Shown here: positions 54,936 to 63,229 of the stretch, piece by piece
Position numbering within the stretch: the stretch's first letter is position 1
Layout of the letters: every line of letters begins with the position of its first letter
Origin: Thermoanaerobaculia bacterium
GTDB lineage: Bacteria > Acidobacteriota > Thermoanaerobaculia > UBA5066
DNA: 63,293 nt
NCBI GenBank assembly: GCA_035542215.1
Contig: DATKLW010000066.1
Location: forward strand, 1-63,293
Reading direction: 5' to 3'
Position numbers and translations under genes: made by a program
The notes under the pieces: model-generated
Seen by the model: the letters and a program-made list of their open reading frames with translations, nothing else
The model's database searches: none
Told to the model about the DNA's origin: nothing

Positions 54936-55397
54936 ATGCGCGTTCAGGACGTGATGACCCAGGACGTCAGGACGATCAGCGCCGCGGACACGGCCGAAGC
55001 GGCCTACGCGACCATGAAGGCGCTGAACGTCCACCACCTCGTCGTCCACGACGGCGACGCCTCTCTCGTCGGCGTGGTGTCCATGCACGACCTCGGTGCC
55101 CCGGCGCAGGACGGCTTCCGGCGAACACACCGCGTTGCGGACGTCATGTCCACGCAGGTCGTCACCGCCGAACCCGACATGACCATCCGCCAGGCCGCGA
55201 ACCTCATGCGCGGCCGCAGCATCGGCTGCCTCCCCGTGGTTCAGCGCGGACGCACCTCGCGGCTCGTCGGCATCCTGACGAGGTTCGACCTCCTCGGGGT
55301 GATCGGCCAGGGCGTCGACGGCCCGGTGCACCCGGATCGCAGGGCCCTGAAGGCGCGCGCGCCGCGCACCGAGCCGCGGGTCAAGCGGCTCCACTGA
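54936..55397 (+). CDS. CBS domain pair protein
   Basis: In frame within ORF 53370..55397. ATG 54936 with an AGGAGG SD. Two CBS motifs ('VQDVMTQDVRTIS...HHLVV.DG..LVGVVS..D' and 'VADVMSTQVVTAEPD...IGCLPVV...LVGILTRFDLL'). Confidence 0.85.
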   Translation: MRVQDVMTQDVRTISAADTAEAAYATMKALNVHHLVVHDGDASLVGVVSMHDLGAPAQDGFRRTHRVADVMSTQVVTAEPDMTIRQAANLMRGRSIGCLPVVQRGRTSRLVGILTRFDLLGVIGQGVDGPVHPDRRALKARAPRTEPRVKRLH

Positions 55398-55438
55398 CGT
55401 CCGGGTTCTTGCGCGGGAATCCCAGAACCTGCCGCAGG

Positions 55439-55577
55439 CTGAGAAAGACAACGCTCCTCCTCGCGAGGCTCGCTCTCGTGACGTTCGGCCTCATCGCGGT
55501 CGGCGGTCTCATTCTCGGCCCGATCGTCCAACAGAACGCCTTCGACGCGTACTGGACGGGCATCCCGTTTGGCTGGG
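55439..55577 (+). pseudogene. Possible N-terminal remnant of a membrane protein (TM helix + 'GPIVQQN..DAYW...FGW'), no canonical start
   Basis: Frame of ORF 54902..55666: 'LRKTTLLLARLALVTFGLIAVGGLILGPIVQQNAFDAYWTGIPFGW'. It then runs into the antisense of the DUF2252 fragment. There is no ATG; the only internal start is GTG 55478. From memory it resembles ResB/CcsB N-termini. Weak call. Confidence 0.3.
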
Positions 55578-55605
55578 AACGGCGCGTTCGTCCGCAGCGC
55601 CCTTT

Positions 55606-56118
55606 TCACACGGTTTCCGCGACCCGGATCCTCTTTGCGCGGGCGGCCTTGCGGAGGGCGTCGTAGTCGCGGTCGGTCTGCCGGGAATAGGCGAACGCGA
55701 AGCGCGTGACCGCCTCGTCCATCCCCTCGCTCTTTCCGAGGTATCCCGCGAGGACGGCGGGATCGCCGGACTTGGCGTGCGCCTGCGCGAGGGCCCAGCC
55801 GGAGAGCTTTCCGTAGTCGGGGAAGCCCCTGACGTTCTCGGGGTCGAACTCCGCACCGCCCTTCATGTCGCGGAGCTGGCGCATGTAAAAGTGGATTCCC
55901 TTCGTCTTTCCCCAGCCCAGGAAGATGTCCGGGGCGCCCTGGATGATCCGCTGCCCGACCACGACGCGCCTGCCCTCGCAGTCCCAGCGGGCGGCGTTCG
56001 AGAAAGGCGCGAGGACCGACGGCCGCGCCTCCTTGTACTGGAGGAAGAGGGGATCCTCGGAGCCGTTCCCCATCAGGAGGATGACCCAGCATCGCGTGCC
56101 GACGCTGCCGACGCCCAC
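55606..56118 (-). pseudogene. DUF2252 family protein, C-terminal fragment only (5'-truncated)
   Basis: 'VGVGSVGTRCWVILLMG...FLQYKEA...YMRQLRDMKGGAEFD...GWALAQAHAKSGD'. In full-length family members, as I recall them (about 430-480 aa), these are mid-to-C-terminal blocks. Only about 170 codons are present. The upstream space is taken by the stop of the ligase gene at 56133. Confidence 0.6.
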
Positions 56119-56132
56119 GATCTTAGGCGAGT

Positions 56133-57566
56133 CTAGGCGCGGTCCACGCGATCGATCGCGTCGAGGGCCGCGCGGATCACCTTGCCGGCCTCGTTCCTCG
56201 GGAGGCACGGGACGACGTGGACCCGGGCCGGGACTTTGTACGGGGAGAGACGGGCGCGGCAACGGGCGACGACCAGCGCCGGCGTGACGACGGAGGGGTC
56301 GGCCTCGACGGCGACGAAGACGGCGGGCAGGCCGGACACCTCGCCCGCGTAGACCTCCACGGCGGAGACAGGAAGCGCGGCGCGGATCACGTCGGTGACC
56401 TCGACCGGATCCACCTTGGCGCCGCCGACGTTGACGATGTCGGAGCGGCCGAGGAGGTGCAGGACGCCTCGCGCGTCGACGACCCCTCGGTCGCCCGGGA
56501 ACGCGAACCCGCCGCGGAAACGCTCCGCCGTCGCGGCCGGGTCGTTCGCGTAGCCGCGGCACACGGCGGCGCTCCGGATCCCCACGCGCCCCGGCGTTCC
56601 GGGCGGGAGGACGTTTCCCCCCTCGTCGAACACGCGCACCGCGACCCCTTCGAACGGCCGCCCGACCCGCCCCTCCTCGAAGCCGTCGTCGAGGTCGATC
56701 GTCGCGGCGAGCGTCTCGGTCGACCCGTACTGGACGCGCACCGGCACGCCGAATCGGCTCACGAAGGCGTCGCGGGCGGCCTTGCCGAGAGGGCCGCCCG
56801 AGCAGATGCAGTGCCGGACGCTCCGGAATGAGCCCTCCTCCCCGGGGGCGAGGGCGCAGGTCGCGAGCACCGAGATCATCGGCGGAGTCGCCAGGATGAC
56901 GGTCGGCCCGTGCCGCCGCGCGAAGCCGAAGACGGGACCGGGGAGGAAGCGCGGCACCGGGATGACGGAAGCCCCGGCCGAGAAGGCGGTCAGGAAGGCC
57001 TTTCCGCCGAAGGCGTGGGAGAACGGAGCGACGCCGAGAAAGCGGTCGTCCGGCCCGACCCCGAGGGTCGTCGCGTAATGTGCGCCATCGGCGAGGAAGT
57101 TGCCCGCGGTGCGGAGGATCGCCCTCGGAAAGCCGGTCGACCCGGACGAGTACTGGCAGGCCACGACGTCTTCCGCGGCGTCCGGATCGGACGCGACCGG
57201 TCGCGGCACGAACCGCGTCCTCCGGAGAAACGGGCCGGGCGGCGACACGACCGAGCCGATCCCGCGGTCCTCGAACAGGGCGTCCTTCTCGGCCGGTGCG
57301 GTCGACGAAAGGAGAGGGACGACGATGCCGCCGGCCTCGAGGATTGCGAAGAACCACACCAGGTAATCCGGAGAATTGGGAAGCGCGAGCGCGACCTGGA
57401 CGCCGGGGCCGACGCCGGCCCGTCGGAGCTCTTCGGCGGCCTCCGCCGCCCGCGACGCGACCTCGCCGTAGCTCAGGGCGCCCCCGCCCGAGAAGACGGC
57501 GGGACGGTCTCCGTCGGTCCGTGCGCGTTCGCGCAGGAGGTCCCGGATCGGGCGAGGGACGGTCAC
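56133..57566 (-). CDS. AMP-dependent synthetase/ligase (adenylate-forming acyl/aminoacyl ligase)
   Basis: 477 aa. Adenylation cores 'YSSGSTGFPRA', 'QYGSTE', 'GDRGVVDARGVLHLLGRSD', 'LPRNEAGKVIR'. GTG overlaps the ACP stop (GTGA). Confidence 0.9.
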   Translation of the reverse strand: MTVPRPIRDLLRERARTDGDRPAVFSGGGALSYGEVASRAAEAAEELRRAGVGPGVQVALALPNSPDYLVWFFAILEAGGIVVPLLSSTAPAEKDALFEDRGIGSVVSPPGPFLRRTRFVPRPVASDPDAAEDVVACQYSSGSTGFPRAILRTAGNFLADGAHYATTLGVGPDDRFLGVAPFSHAFGGKAFLTAFSAGASVIPVPRFLPGPVFGFARRHGPTVILATPPMISVLATCALAPGEEGSFRSVRHCICSGGPLGKAARDAFVSRFGVPVRVQYGSTETLAATIDLDDGFEEGRVGRPFEGVAVRVFDEGGNVLPPGTPGRVGIRSAAVCRGYANDPAATAERFRGGFAFPGDRGVVDARGVLHLLGRSDIVNVGGAKVDPVEVTDVIRAALPVSAVEVYAGEVSGLPAVFVAVEADPSVVTPALVVARCRARLSPYKVPARVHVVPCLPRNEAGKVIRAALDAIDRVDRA

Positions 57567-57829
57567 ACGGCGCGCCCCGTCGGCTGGTCGCAGAGGAACT
57601 CCAGGAGGGAGCCGACATCGGCGAACGCACGGTCCATCGAAAGCTCGTCGAAGCGGACCGCGTACTCTTCTTCGAGCGCTTCGACGAGATGGAGAAGGGC
57701 GATCGAGTCGAGGGAGATCGTCTCGAGGAACGGGGCCCCGCCGAACACGGCGTCGAGCTCGGCCGGTTCGGTGACGTACTGCCCGAGGACGGCGCGCAAG
57801 CGGGCGCGCGCCGCGTCCTGATCCGTCAT
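57563..57829 (-). CDS. Acyl/peptidyl carrier protein
   Basis: In frame within ORF 57563..58291. ATG 57829 overlaps the upstream stop (ATGA). 88 aa. Phosphopantetheine site 'ISLDSIALLHLVEALE'. Confidence 0.85.
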   Translation of the reverse strand: MTDQDAARARLRAVLGQYVTEPAELDAVFGGAPFLETISLDSIALLHLVEALEEEYAVRFDELSMDRAFADVGSLLEFLCDQPTGRAV

Positions 57830-58377
57830 CGCGATCTCCCTTCTCCGAAACGTCCGAAGTGGCCGAGCACGGTCCGGCGGCGCGCCTCCGGCGAGAGGCC
57901 CGCGACTTCGAGACCCTCCCGATCCCGCGCCGGGAGCCTGCGGGCCATGGCCGTCGTCATCACAAACCGCGCCGGGTTTCCCATCACCACAGAGCCGTCG
58001 AGGACCTTCCCCCTCACGACCGAGCCGGCGCCCACGATGCAGTCCCGCCCGATCTCCGTTCCCGGGAGAATCATGCAGTTGCACCCGATGAACGTGTCGT
58101 CCCCGACCGAGATCCGGCCGAAGATCTCCTTGCCGGAACCACGGGCCGTCGAGCCGTCGTGAGTCACGAGCCAGGTCCCGACCGAGATCCCGACGCGGTC
58201 GCCGATCTCGAGCAGGTAGGGCTCGGAGAGGACCTGGTCGGTGTAGATCGAGCACCCCTCTCCGATGCGGGCCCCCTGCTTCCTCAGCCACGCGATCCTG
58301 AAATCGGACTGCGTGTCCGAAAAGAGCCGGCCCTGAAGCCTCTCCAGGGCGAACCAGGCCAACTGCCTCAGCCCCAT
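57826..58377 (-). CDS. Left-handed beta-helix (hexapeptide-repeat) acyltransferase
   Basis: 183 aa. Hexapeptide repeats 'IGDRVGISVGTWLVTHDG', 'ISVGDDTFIGCNCMILPGTEIGRDCIVGAGSVVRG', as in WcaF/maltose-O-acetyltransferase-like enzymes. Confidence 0.85.
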   Translation of the reverse strand: MGLRQLAWFALERLQGRLFSDTQSDFRIAWLRKQGARIGEGCSIYTDQVLSEPYLLEIGDRVGISVGTWLVTHDGSTARGSGKEIFGRISVGDDTFIGCNCMILPGTEIGRDCIVGAGSVVRGKVLDGSVVMGNPARFVMTTAMARRLPARDREGLEVAGLSPEARRRTVLGHFGRFGEGRSR

Positions 58378-58399
58378 GCCGCCGTCCCTCGTTCCATAT

Positions 58400-59068
58400 T
58401 CAGTTGCGCTTGCGCGCGAGCATGATCCCGTCGCGCACGGTCAGCAAGACGCACTCCACGCGCGGGTCGTCGTGGACGACGCGGTTGAACCGGGCGAGAG
58501 CGCGGGCCTCCGCCGACCGGGGAACGACGACGGCCCCGCTCCACAGCACGTTGTCCGCCACGAGCAGCGCTCCGGGACGCAGAAGAGGCACGATCGACTC
58601 GTAGTACGCGACGTAGTTCTCCTTGTCGGCGTCGAGGAACGCGAGATCGAACCGGGCGCCGGGCGGCAGCGCCCCCAGCGTCTCGAGCGCGGGGCCGCGC
58701 CGGACGTCGATCTTCCCGCCGTGATCACTGCGGTCGAGGAACGACTGCGCGACCGCCGCGGCCCCGGGGTCGATCTCGCACGAGACGAGCCGTCCGTCCT
58801 CGGGAAGCGCCTCCGCCATCGAGAGCGCCGAGTAGCCGGTGAAGAGCCCGATTTCCAGGACACGCCGTGCTCCCGTCAGGCGGACCAGCATCGCGAGGAA
58901 GGCCCCTTCGACGGGGCCCGCCATCATCTCCGGGTTCCGGCAGTGCGCGGTCGTGTGGGCCTCGAGCTCGAGGAGCAGAGGAGAGGGCGCGGCCGAGTGA
59001 GCCCTGACGTATCGCTCGAGGATCCCGGGCACGATGGTGGCCGTCCCCGGCCTCGTGGTCTCAGTCAT
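58400..59068 (-). CDS. Class I SAM-dependent O-methyltransferase (caffeoyl-CoA OMT-like, family 3)
   Basis: ORF 58400..59104, trimmed to ATG 59068 (222 aa). 'VLEIGLFTGYSAL' SAM motif, 'FDLAFLDADKENY', 'LLRPGALLVADNVLW'. Confidence 0.85.
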   Translation of the reverse strand: MTETTRPGTATIVPGILERYVRAHSAAPSPLLLELEAHTTAHCRNPEMMAGPVEGAFLAMLVRLTGARRVLEIGLFTGYSALSMAEALPEDGRLVSCEIDPGAAAVAQSFLDRSDHGGKIDVRRGPALETLGALPPGARFDLAFLDADKENYVAYYESIVPLLRPGALLVADNVLWSGAVVVPRSAEARALARFNRVVHDDPRVECVLLTVRDGIMLARKRN

Positions 59069-59078
59069 CGGGCGGGGG

Positions 59079-61589
59079 TCAGGGCTTCGTCGCGGCCGGC
59101 GCACCGGGTTCGTCGGCTTTTGCGCGGGGCGGCGCGTTCCTCACGTACGTGTCGAACCAGCGCAGCTCCTCGTACGCGAGCTGCTCGTTCGACTCCATCG
59201 CCGCGTACCAGTGCGGCTCGTGGGGCAGCATCACGAGGCGCGCGGTGCCGCCGTTGCCGCGGATCGCCTCGTAGAGCTTCACGGACTGGAGCGGCGTCGT
59301 GCCCGGGTTCGCGTCGTCCGTGCCGTGCATGATCAGGAGCGGGAGCTTGATCCGGTCGGCGAAGAAGAACGGCGAGACCTCGAGGTACACGCTCTGGCCC
59401 TTCCACACGGAACGGCGCTCGTTCTGGAAGCCGAACGGCGTCAGCGTCTTGTTGTACGAGCCGCTCGTCGCGACGCCGGCGCGGAAGAGGTCCGTGTGGG
59501 CGATCAGGTTCGCCGTCATGAGCGCGCCGTGGCTGTGGCCCGTGACGCCGATGCGGTCGCGGTCGACGACGCCCGTGCCGACGGCGGTGTCGACGGCCGC
59601 GCGCGCGTCCTCGGCGAGCTGCTCGAGGTACGTGTCGTACGCCTTCTTCGGGTCGCCGACGATCGGGAACGCGGCGTTGTCGATGATCGCGTAGCCGGAG
59701 AGAAGGAGGAGGCGGTAGTTGCCGAGGCGCATGAACTCCCGCTCGGAGCCGCTGATCTGCCCGGCGGTGGACGCGCTCGCGTAGTCGAGCGGGTACGCGT
59801 AGAGGATCGCCGGGATGCGCGTCCCCTCCTTGTAGCCGGGCGGCGTGAGCAGCCTGAACGAGAGCGGCGTGCCGTCCTTGCGCGTGTACTTGACGAGACG
59901 CTGCCTGATCCCGCGGACCTCGGGCGTCGGGTCCGGGATGTGCGTCACGGCGCGCGCCGTCGAGGCGATCCCCTCCTCGCCGGGCTTGGGCGACCGGACC
60001 GGCTTGCCGAGCGTGCGGAGCATCGCGTTCGGCGGATCCGCCGGCGACTGGTGCCACGTCAGGAACGTGCGCGAGGTGGCGCCCGTGAACGCGAGGAAGG
60101 ACTCGAGCGCGGCCCGGTCGCTCCGGAAGAGGCGCACGGACGCGTGCGACGCGAGGTCGAAGCGGTCGAGGAACGGGCGGTCGCCGTCCACGGAGGCGCC
60201 CTTGCCGGACAGGAAGATGGCGCCGCCCTCCTCGCGCACGACGAGCTCCCCGTTCGGGAGCACCTTGGTGACGGGACGGCCCGGGTCCTTGTAGCGTTCG
60301 TCGCTCGACATGTCCCAGAGAACGACCGGCTTCGCCGCCGGGTGGTCGACGTCGACGAGGAACGTGCGCCGCCAGTGCCGGTTCTCGTCGTACTCGTGGA
60401 GGAGCGCCACGCCGCGCCGCTCGCTCCAGTCGAGGCCCGCGAACCGCTGCTCGGTGCGGGCGATCTCGGCGGCCTCGCCCGTGAACGGCGCGCTCAGCGC
60501 CAGGACCTTGTCGCGTGCGGGGACCTTGACGTTCCAGTCGCCGCCGTCGAGCGCCTCGGCCCAGACGAGCGTCGCCGGCTCGGTCGGACGCCACTCGAAG
60601 CCGCGCGGGCCGGTCGGCACGCCCGCGATCGGCACGCGGTCCGCGAGCGGCAGCGTCGCGAGCGTGCGCGTCCTCTTGCCGGTGCGGTCCCAGAGCTCCA
60701 CGTCGTGCGGGAAGTGCGGGTACGTCGTGACGTACGAGTACGGCCGGTGAATCGTCGTGACGAGGAGGTTCTCGCCGTCGGGCGAGGCGCCGGTCTCGCC
60801 GATGACGGCCGGCGCGCCGAGCGGCGTGACCGCGCCCGTGTCCGCGTCGACGAGGGCGAGCTGGCTCGTCGCGTAATAGTCGAAGAGGTCCTCGTCGTGT
60901 GTGCTCGAGAGCGTGTCGCGCGTCTCGTACGTGCTGCTCTCGCCCTTCGCGCCGGTCGTCTCCTGGATGCTCGGCCCGTCGGACGCGACGGACGCCGCGG
61001 GGGGCGCGCCGGCGTTCGCGGGCACGAGCTTCGCGAGGAGCGTCTTCTGGTCGGGCATCCACTGCAGCGAGCTGCCCAGCATCGGGTTCAGCCGCGCGGT
61101 GCCGAGGCGGCGGGTCGCGCCGGTCGCGGCGTCGCCGACCCACGGCTCGACGGCGTCCGTCGAGGTGTTCCGGAACGCGAAGCGCCGGCCGTCGGCGGCC
61201 CATGCGACGCCGTCCACGCACCCGTCCGGCGGCAGCGCCACCGGCGTCTCACGGCTCGTCGTGACGTCGACGAGCGTGAGCGTCCGCGCGCAGGGCGCGA
61301 TCCCGTAGCCGCCGGGCGTGTCGTGCTTGCGCCGCGTCCGCGGCTCGACTCGCACGCCCGCGAGCCTGAGGAACGGCTCGGCGACCTGCGCGATGGGCGG
61401 ATACGGGACCCACGAGACGAGGAGGATCCGGTCGCGCGTCGGGCTCACGAACGGGCTCGGCGGCGCCGGCGCGCGCAGGACGTCGAGGACGTTCTGCGGC
61501 GGCTTGTCGTATCCCGATCTCGCCGGCGCCGCGCTTACGCACGCGGCGAGGGCGACGAGGAGCGTCAGGAAGGCGGGGCGTGAGCGCAT
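59079..61589 (-). CDS. S9 family (prolyl oligopeptidase-type) serine peptidase with N-terminal beta-propeller
   Basis: 836 aa. Signal/lipobox MRSRPAFLTLLVALAAC. Nucleophile 'GVTGHSHGALM'. 'LLIMHGTDDANPG' (Asp) and 'LPHEPHWY' (His). Confidence 0.9.
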   Translation of the reverse strand: MRSRPAFLTLLVALAACVSAAPARSGYDKPPQNVLDVLRAPAPPSPFVSPTRDRILLVSWVPYPPIAQVAEPFLRLAGVRVEPRTRRKHDTPGGYGIAPCARTLTLVDVTTSRETPVALPPDGCVDGVAWAADGRRFAFRNTSTDAVEPWVGDAATGATRRLGTARLNPMLGSSLQWMPDQKTLLAKLVPANAGAPPAASVASDGPSIQETTGAKGESSTYETRDTLSSTHDEDLFDYYATSQLALVDADTGAVTPLGAPAVIGETGASPDGENLLVTTIHRPYSYVTTYPHFPHDVELWDRTGKRTRTLATLPLADRVPIAGVPTGPRGFEWRPTEPATLVWAEALDGGDWNVKVPARDKVLALSAPFTGEAAEIARTEQRFAGLDWSERRGVALLHEYDENRHWRRTFLVDVDHPAAKPVVLWDMSSDERYKDPGRPVTKVLPNGELVVREEGGAIFLSGKGASVDGDRPFLDRFDLASHASVRLFRSDRAALESFLAFTGATSRTFLTWHQSPADPPNAMLRTLGKPVRSPKPGEEGIASTARAVTHIPDPTPEVRGIRQRLVKYTRKDGTPLSFRLLTPPGYKEGTRIPAILYAYPLDYASASTAGQISGSEREFMRLGNYRLLLLSGYAIIDNAAFPIVGDPKKAYDTYLEQLAEDARAAVDTAVGTGVVDRDRIGVTGHSHGALMTANLIAHTDLFRAGVATSGSYNKTLTPFGFQNERRSVWKGQSVYLEVSPFFFADRIKLPLLIMHGTDDANPGTTPLQSVKLYEAIRGNGGTARLVMLPHEPHWYAAMESNEQLAYEELRWFDTYVRNAPPRAKADEPGAPAATKP

Positions 61590-61653
61590 GGCGGGGAGCC
61601 TAGCATCGCGAACGCGGGCTCAGGCCCCGGCTGCCCCGGCCCCGGCTCCGGCA

Positions 61654-61690
61654 CCCGCCGTCGACCCTGACGGCGGGGCCTTTCGTTTTT
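61654..61690 (+). terminator. Strong GC hairpin (9-bp perfect stem) with a T-tract on the plus-strand side, between the S9 peptidase and ilvA
   Basis: CCCGCCGTC-GACCCT-GACGGCGGG followed by GCCTTTCGTTTTT. On the minus strand, which is the sense of both flanking genes, the hairpin is preceded by an A-tract and has no downstream T-tract. Confidence 0.45.
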
Positions 61691-61702
61691 CCCGGTTCCG
61701 GC

Positions 61703-63229
61703 TCAGAGCAGGAACAGCCGGTACGCCGGGTTCCTCGTCTCGTCCGTGTGGCGGTAGCCGAGCTCGCCGAGGAAGCGCCGGAACTTCGCGTCGTCCCCCT
61801 TCGGCACCTGGATGCCCGCGAGGACGCGGCCGTAGTCGGCGCCGTGGTTGCGGTAGTGGAAGAGGCTGATGTTCCAGTCGCTCCGGAGGTGGTCGAGAAA
61901 GTTCAGGAGCGCGCCCGGCCGCTCGGGGAACTCGAACCGGAAGAGCCGCTCGTCGTGCGCCGCGGGCGCACGGCCACCGACGAGGTGGCGGACGTGGAGC
62001 TTCGCCATCTCGTTCTCGGAGAGGTCGAGGACCGGCAGGCCGCGCCTCTTCAGCGCCGTGATGAGCGACGCCGTCTGGCGCGGGCTCTCGACCTCGACTC
62101 CGACGAAGACGTGCGCATCGGTCGCGTCGGCATAGCGGTAGTTGAACTCGGTGACGTTCCTTCGCCCCACGATCGAGCAGAACTCGCGGAACGAGCCCGG
62201 CCGCTCGGGGATCGTGACCGCGAGGATCGCCTCGCGCTTCTCGCCGAGCTGCGCCCGCTCGGCGACGTGCCGGAGGCGGTCGAAGTTCATGTTCGCGCCG
62301 CAGGCGACGGCGACGAGCGTCTTCCCTTTCGCCTTCCGCCTCTCCGCCCAGGCCTTGAGCCCCGCGACCGCGAGCGCGCCCGCGGGCTCGAGGATCGACC
62401 GCGTGTCCTCGAAGACGTCCTTGATCGCCGCGCAGATCGCGTCGGTATCGACGCGGACGACCTCGTCGAGGAGGTCGCGGCAGAGACGGAAGGTCTCCCT
62501 GCCGACCTGCTTCACCGCGACGCCGTCCGCGAAGAGGCCGACGCGCGCGAGGCGCACCCTCCGGCCCGCGCGGAGGGAGCGCGCCATCGCGTCCGAGTCC
62601 ACGGGCTCGACGCCGACGATCCGCGTCTTCGGGCTGATCCGCTTCACGTACGCCGCGACGCCCGCCGCGAGGCCGCCGCCGCCGATCGCGACGAAGATCG
62701 CGTCGACGCCGCCCGGCCGCTGCCTCAGGATCTCCATCCCGATCGTGCCCTGCCCCGCGATCACGTCCGGGTCGTCGTACGGGTGGACGAACGTCATCCT
62801 CCCGGCGCGCGCGAGGCGCCGCGCCTCCGCGTACGCCTCGTCGTACGAGTCGCCCGTCAGGACGACGCGGGCGCCGCGGCCCCGGACGGCGTCCACCTTG
62901 ATGCGCGGCGTCGTCACGGGCATGACGATCGTCGCCGGGCAGCCGAGGCGCTGCGCCGCGAGCGCGACGCCCTGTGCGTGGTTGCCCGCCGAGGCCGCGA
63001 GGACGCCGCGCGCGAGCGCCGCGGGCGAGAGGCGCGCCATCCGGTTGTAGGCGCCGCGCAGCTTGAACGAGTGGACGGGCTGCAGGTCCTCCCGCTTGAG
63101 GAAGACCGCGTGGCCCGTCCGGCGCGAGAGGAGCGGCGCGGGGTCGATCGGCGTCTCGACCGCGACGTCGTAGACGCGCGCGGCGAGGATCCGCTCGAGG
63201 TACTCCGCGCCCGTGCGCGGGCGCTTCAC
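61703..63229 (-). CDS. ilvA: Biosynthetic threonine ammonia-lyase (threonine dehydratase)
   Basis: 508 aa, GTG start. PLP lysine motif 'HSFKLRGAYN', 'SAGNHAQGVA', and two C-terminal ACT-like regulatory repeats. Confidence 0.95.
   Translation of the reverse strand: MKRPRTGAEYLERILAARVYDVAVETPIDPAPLLSRRTGHAVFLKREDLQPVHSFKLRGAYNRMARLSPAALARGVLAASAGNHAQGVALAAQRLGCPATIVMPVTTPRIKVDAVRGRGARVVLTGDSYDEAYAEARRLARAGRMTFVHPYDDPDVIAGQGTIGMEILRQRPGGVDAIFVAIGGGGLAAGVAAYVKRISPKTRIVGVEPVDSDAMARSLRAGRRVRLARVGLFADGVAVKQVGRETFRLCRDLLDEVVRVDTDAICAAIKDVFEDTRSILEPAGALAVAGLKAWAERRKAKGKTLVAVACGANMNFDRLRHVAERAQLGEKREAILAVTIPERPGSFREFCSIVGRRNVTEFNYRYADATDAHVFVGVEVESPRQTASLITALKRRGLPVLDLSENEMAKLHVRHLVGGRAPAAHDERLFRFEFPERPGALLNFLDHLRSDWNISLFHYRNHGADYGRVLAGIQVPKGDDAKFRRFLGELGYRHTDETRNPAYRLFLL

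Noticed and set aside
56100-59110. Mobile-element origin of the acyl-carrier cassette (integrase, transposase, terminal inverted repeats, tRNA target)
   Set aside because: I found no integrase or transposase ORF, no tRNA, and no long direct or inverted repeats at the flanks. There is only an 8-9-nt near-duplication at 56121-56139. Composition is similar to the rest of the window.
59034-61583. 849-aa plus-strand and 718-aa alternative minus-frame ORFs over the S9 peptidase gene
   Set aside because: Shadow ORFs. Only 59079..61589 (-) has a signal peptide and the Ser/Asp/His peptidase motifs.
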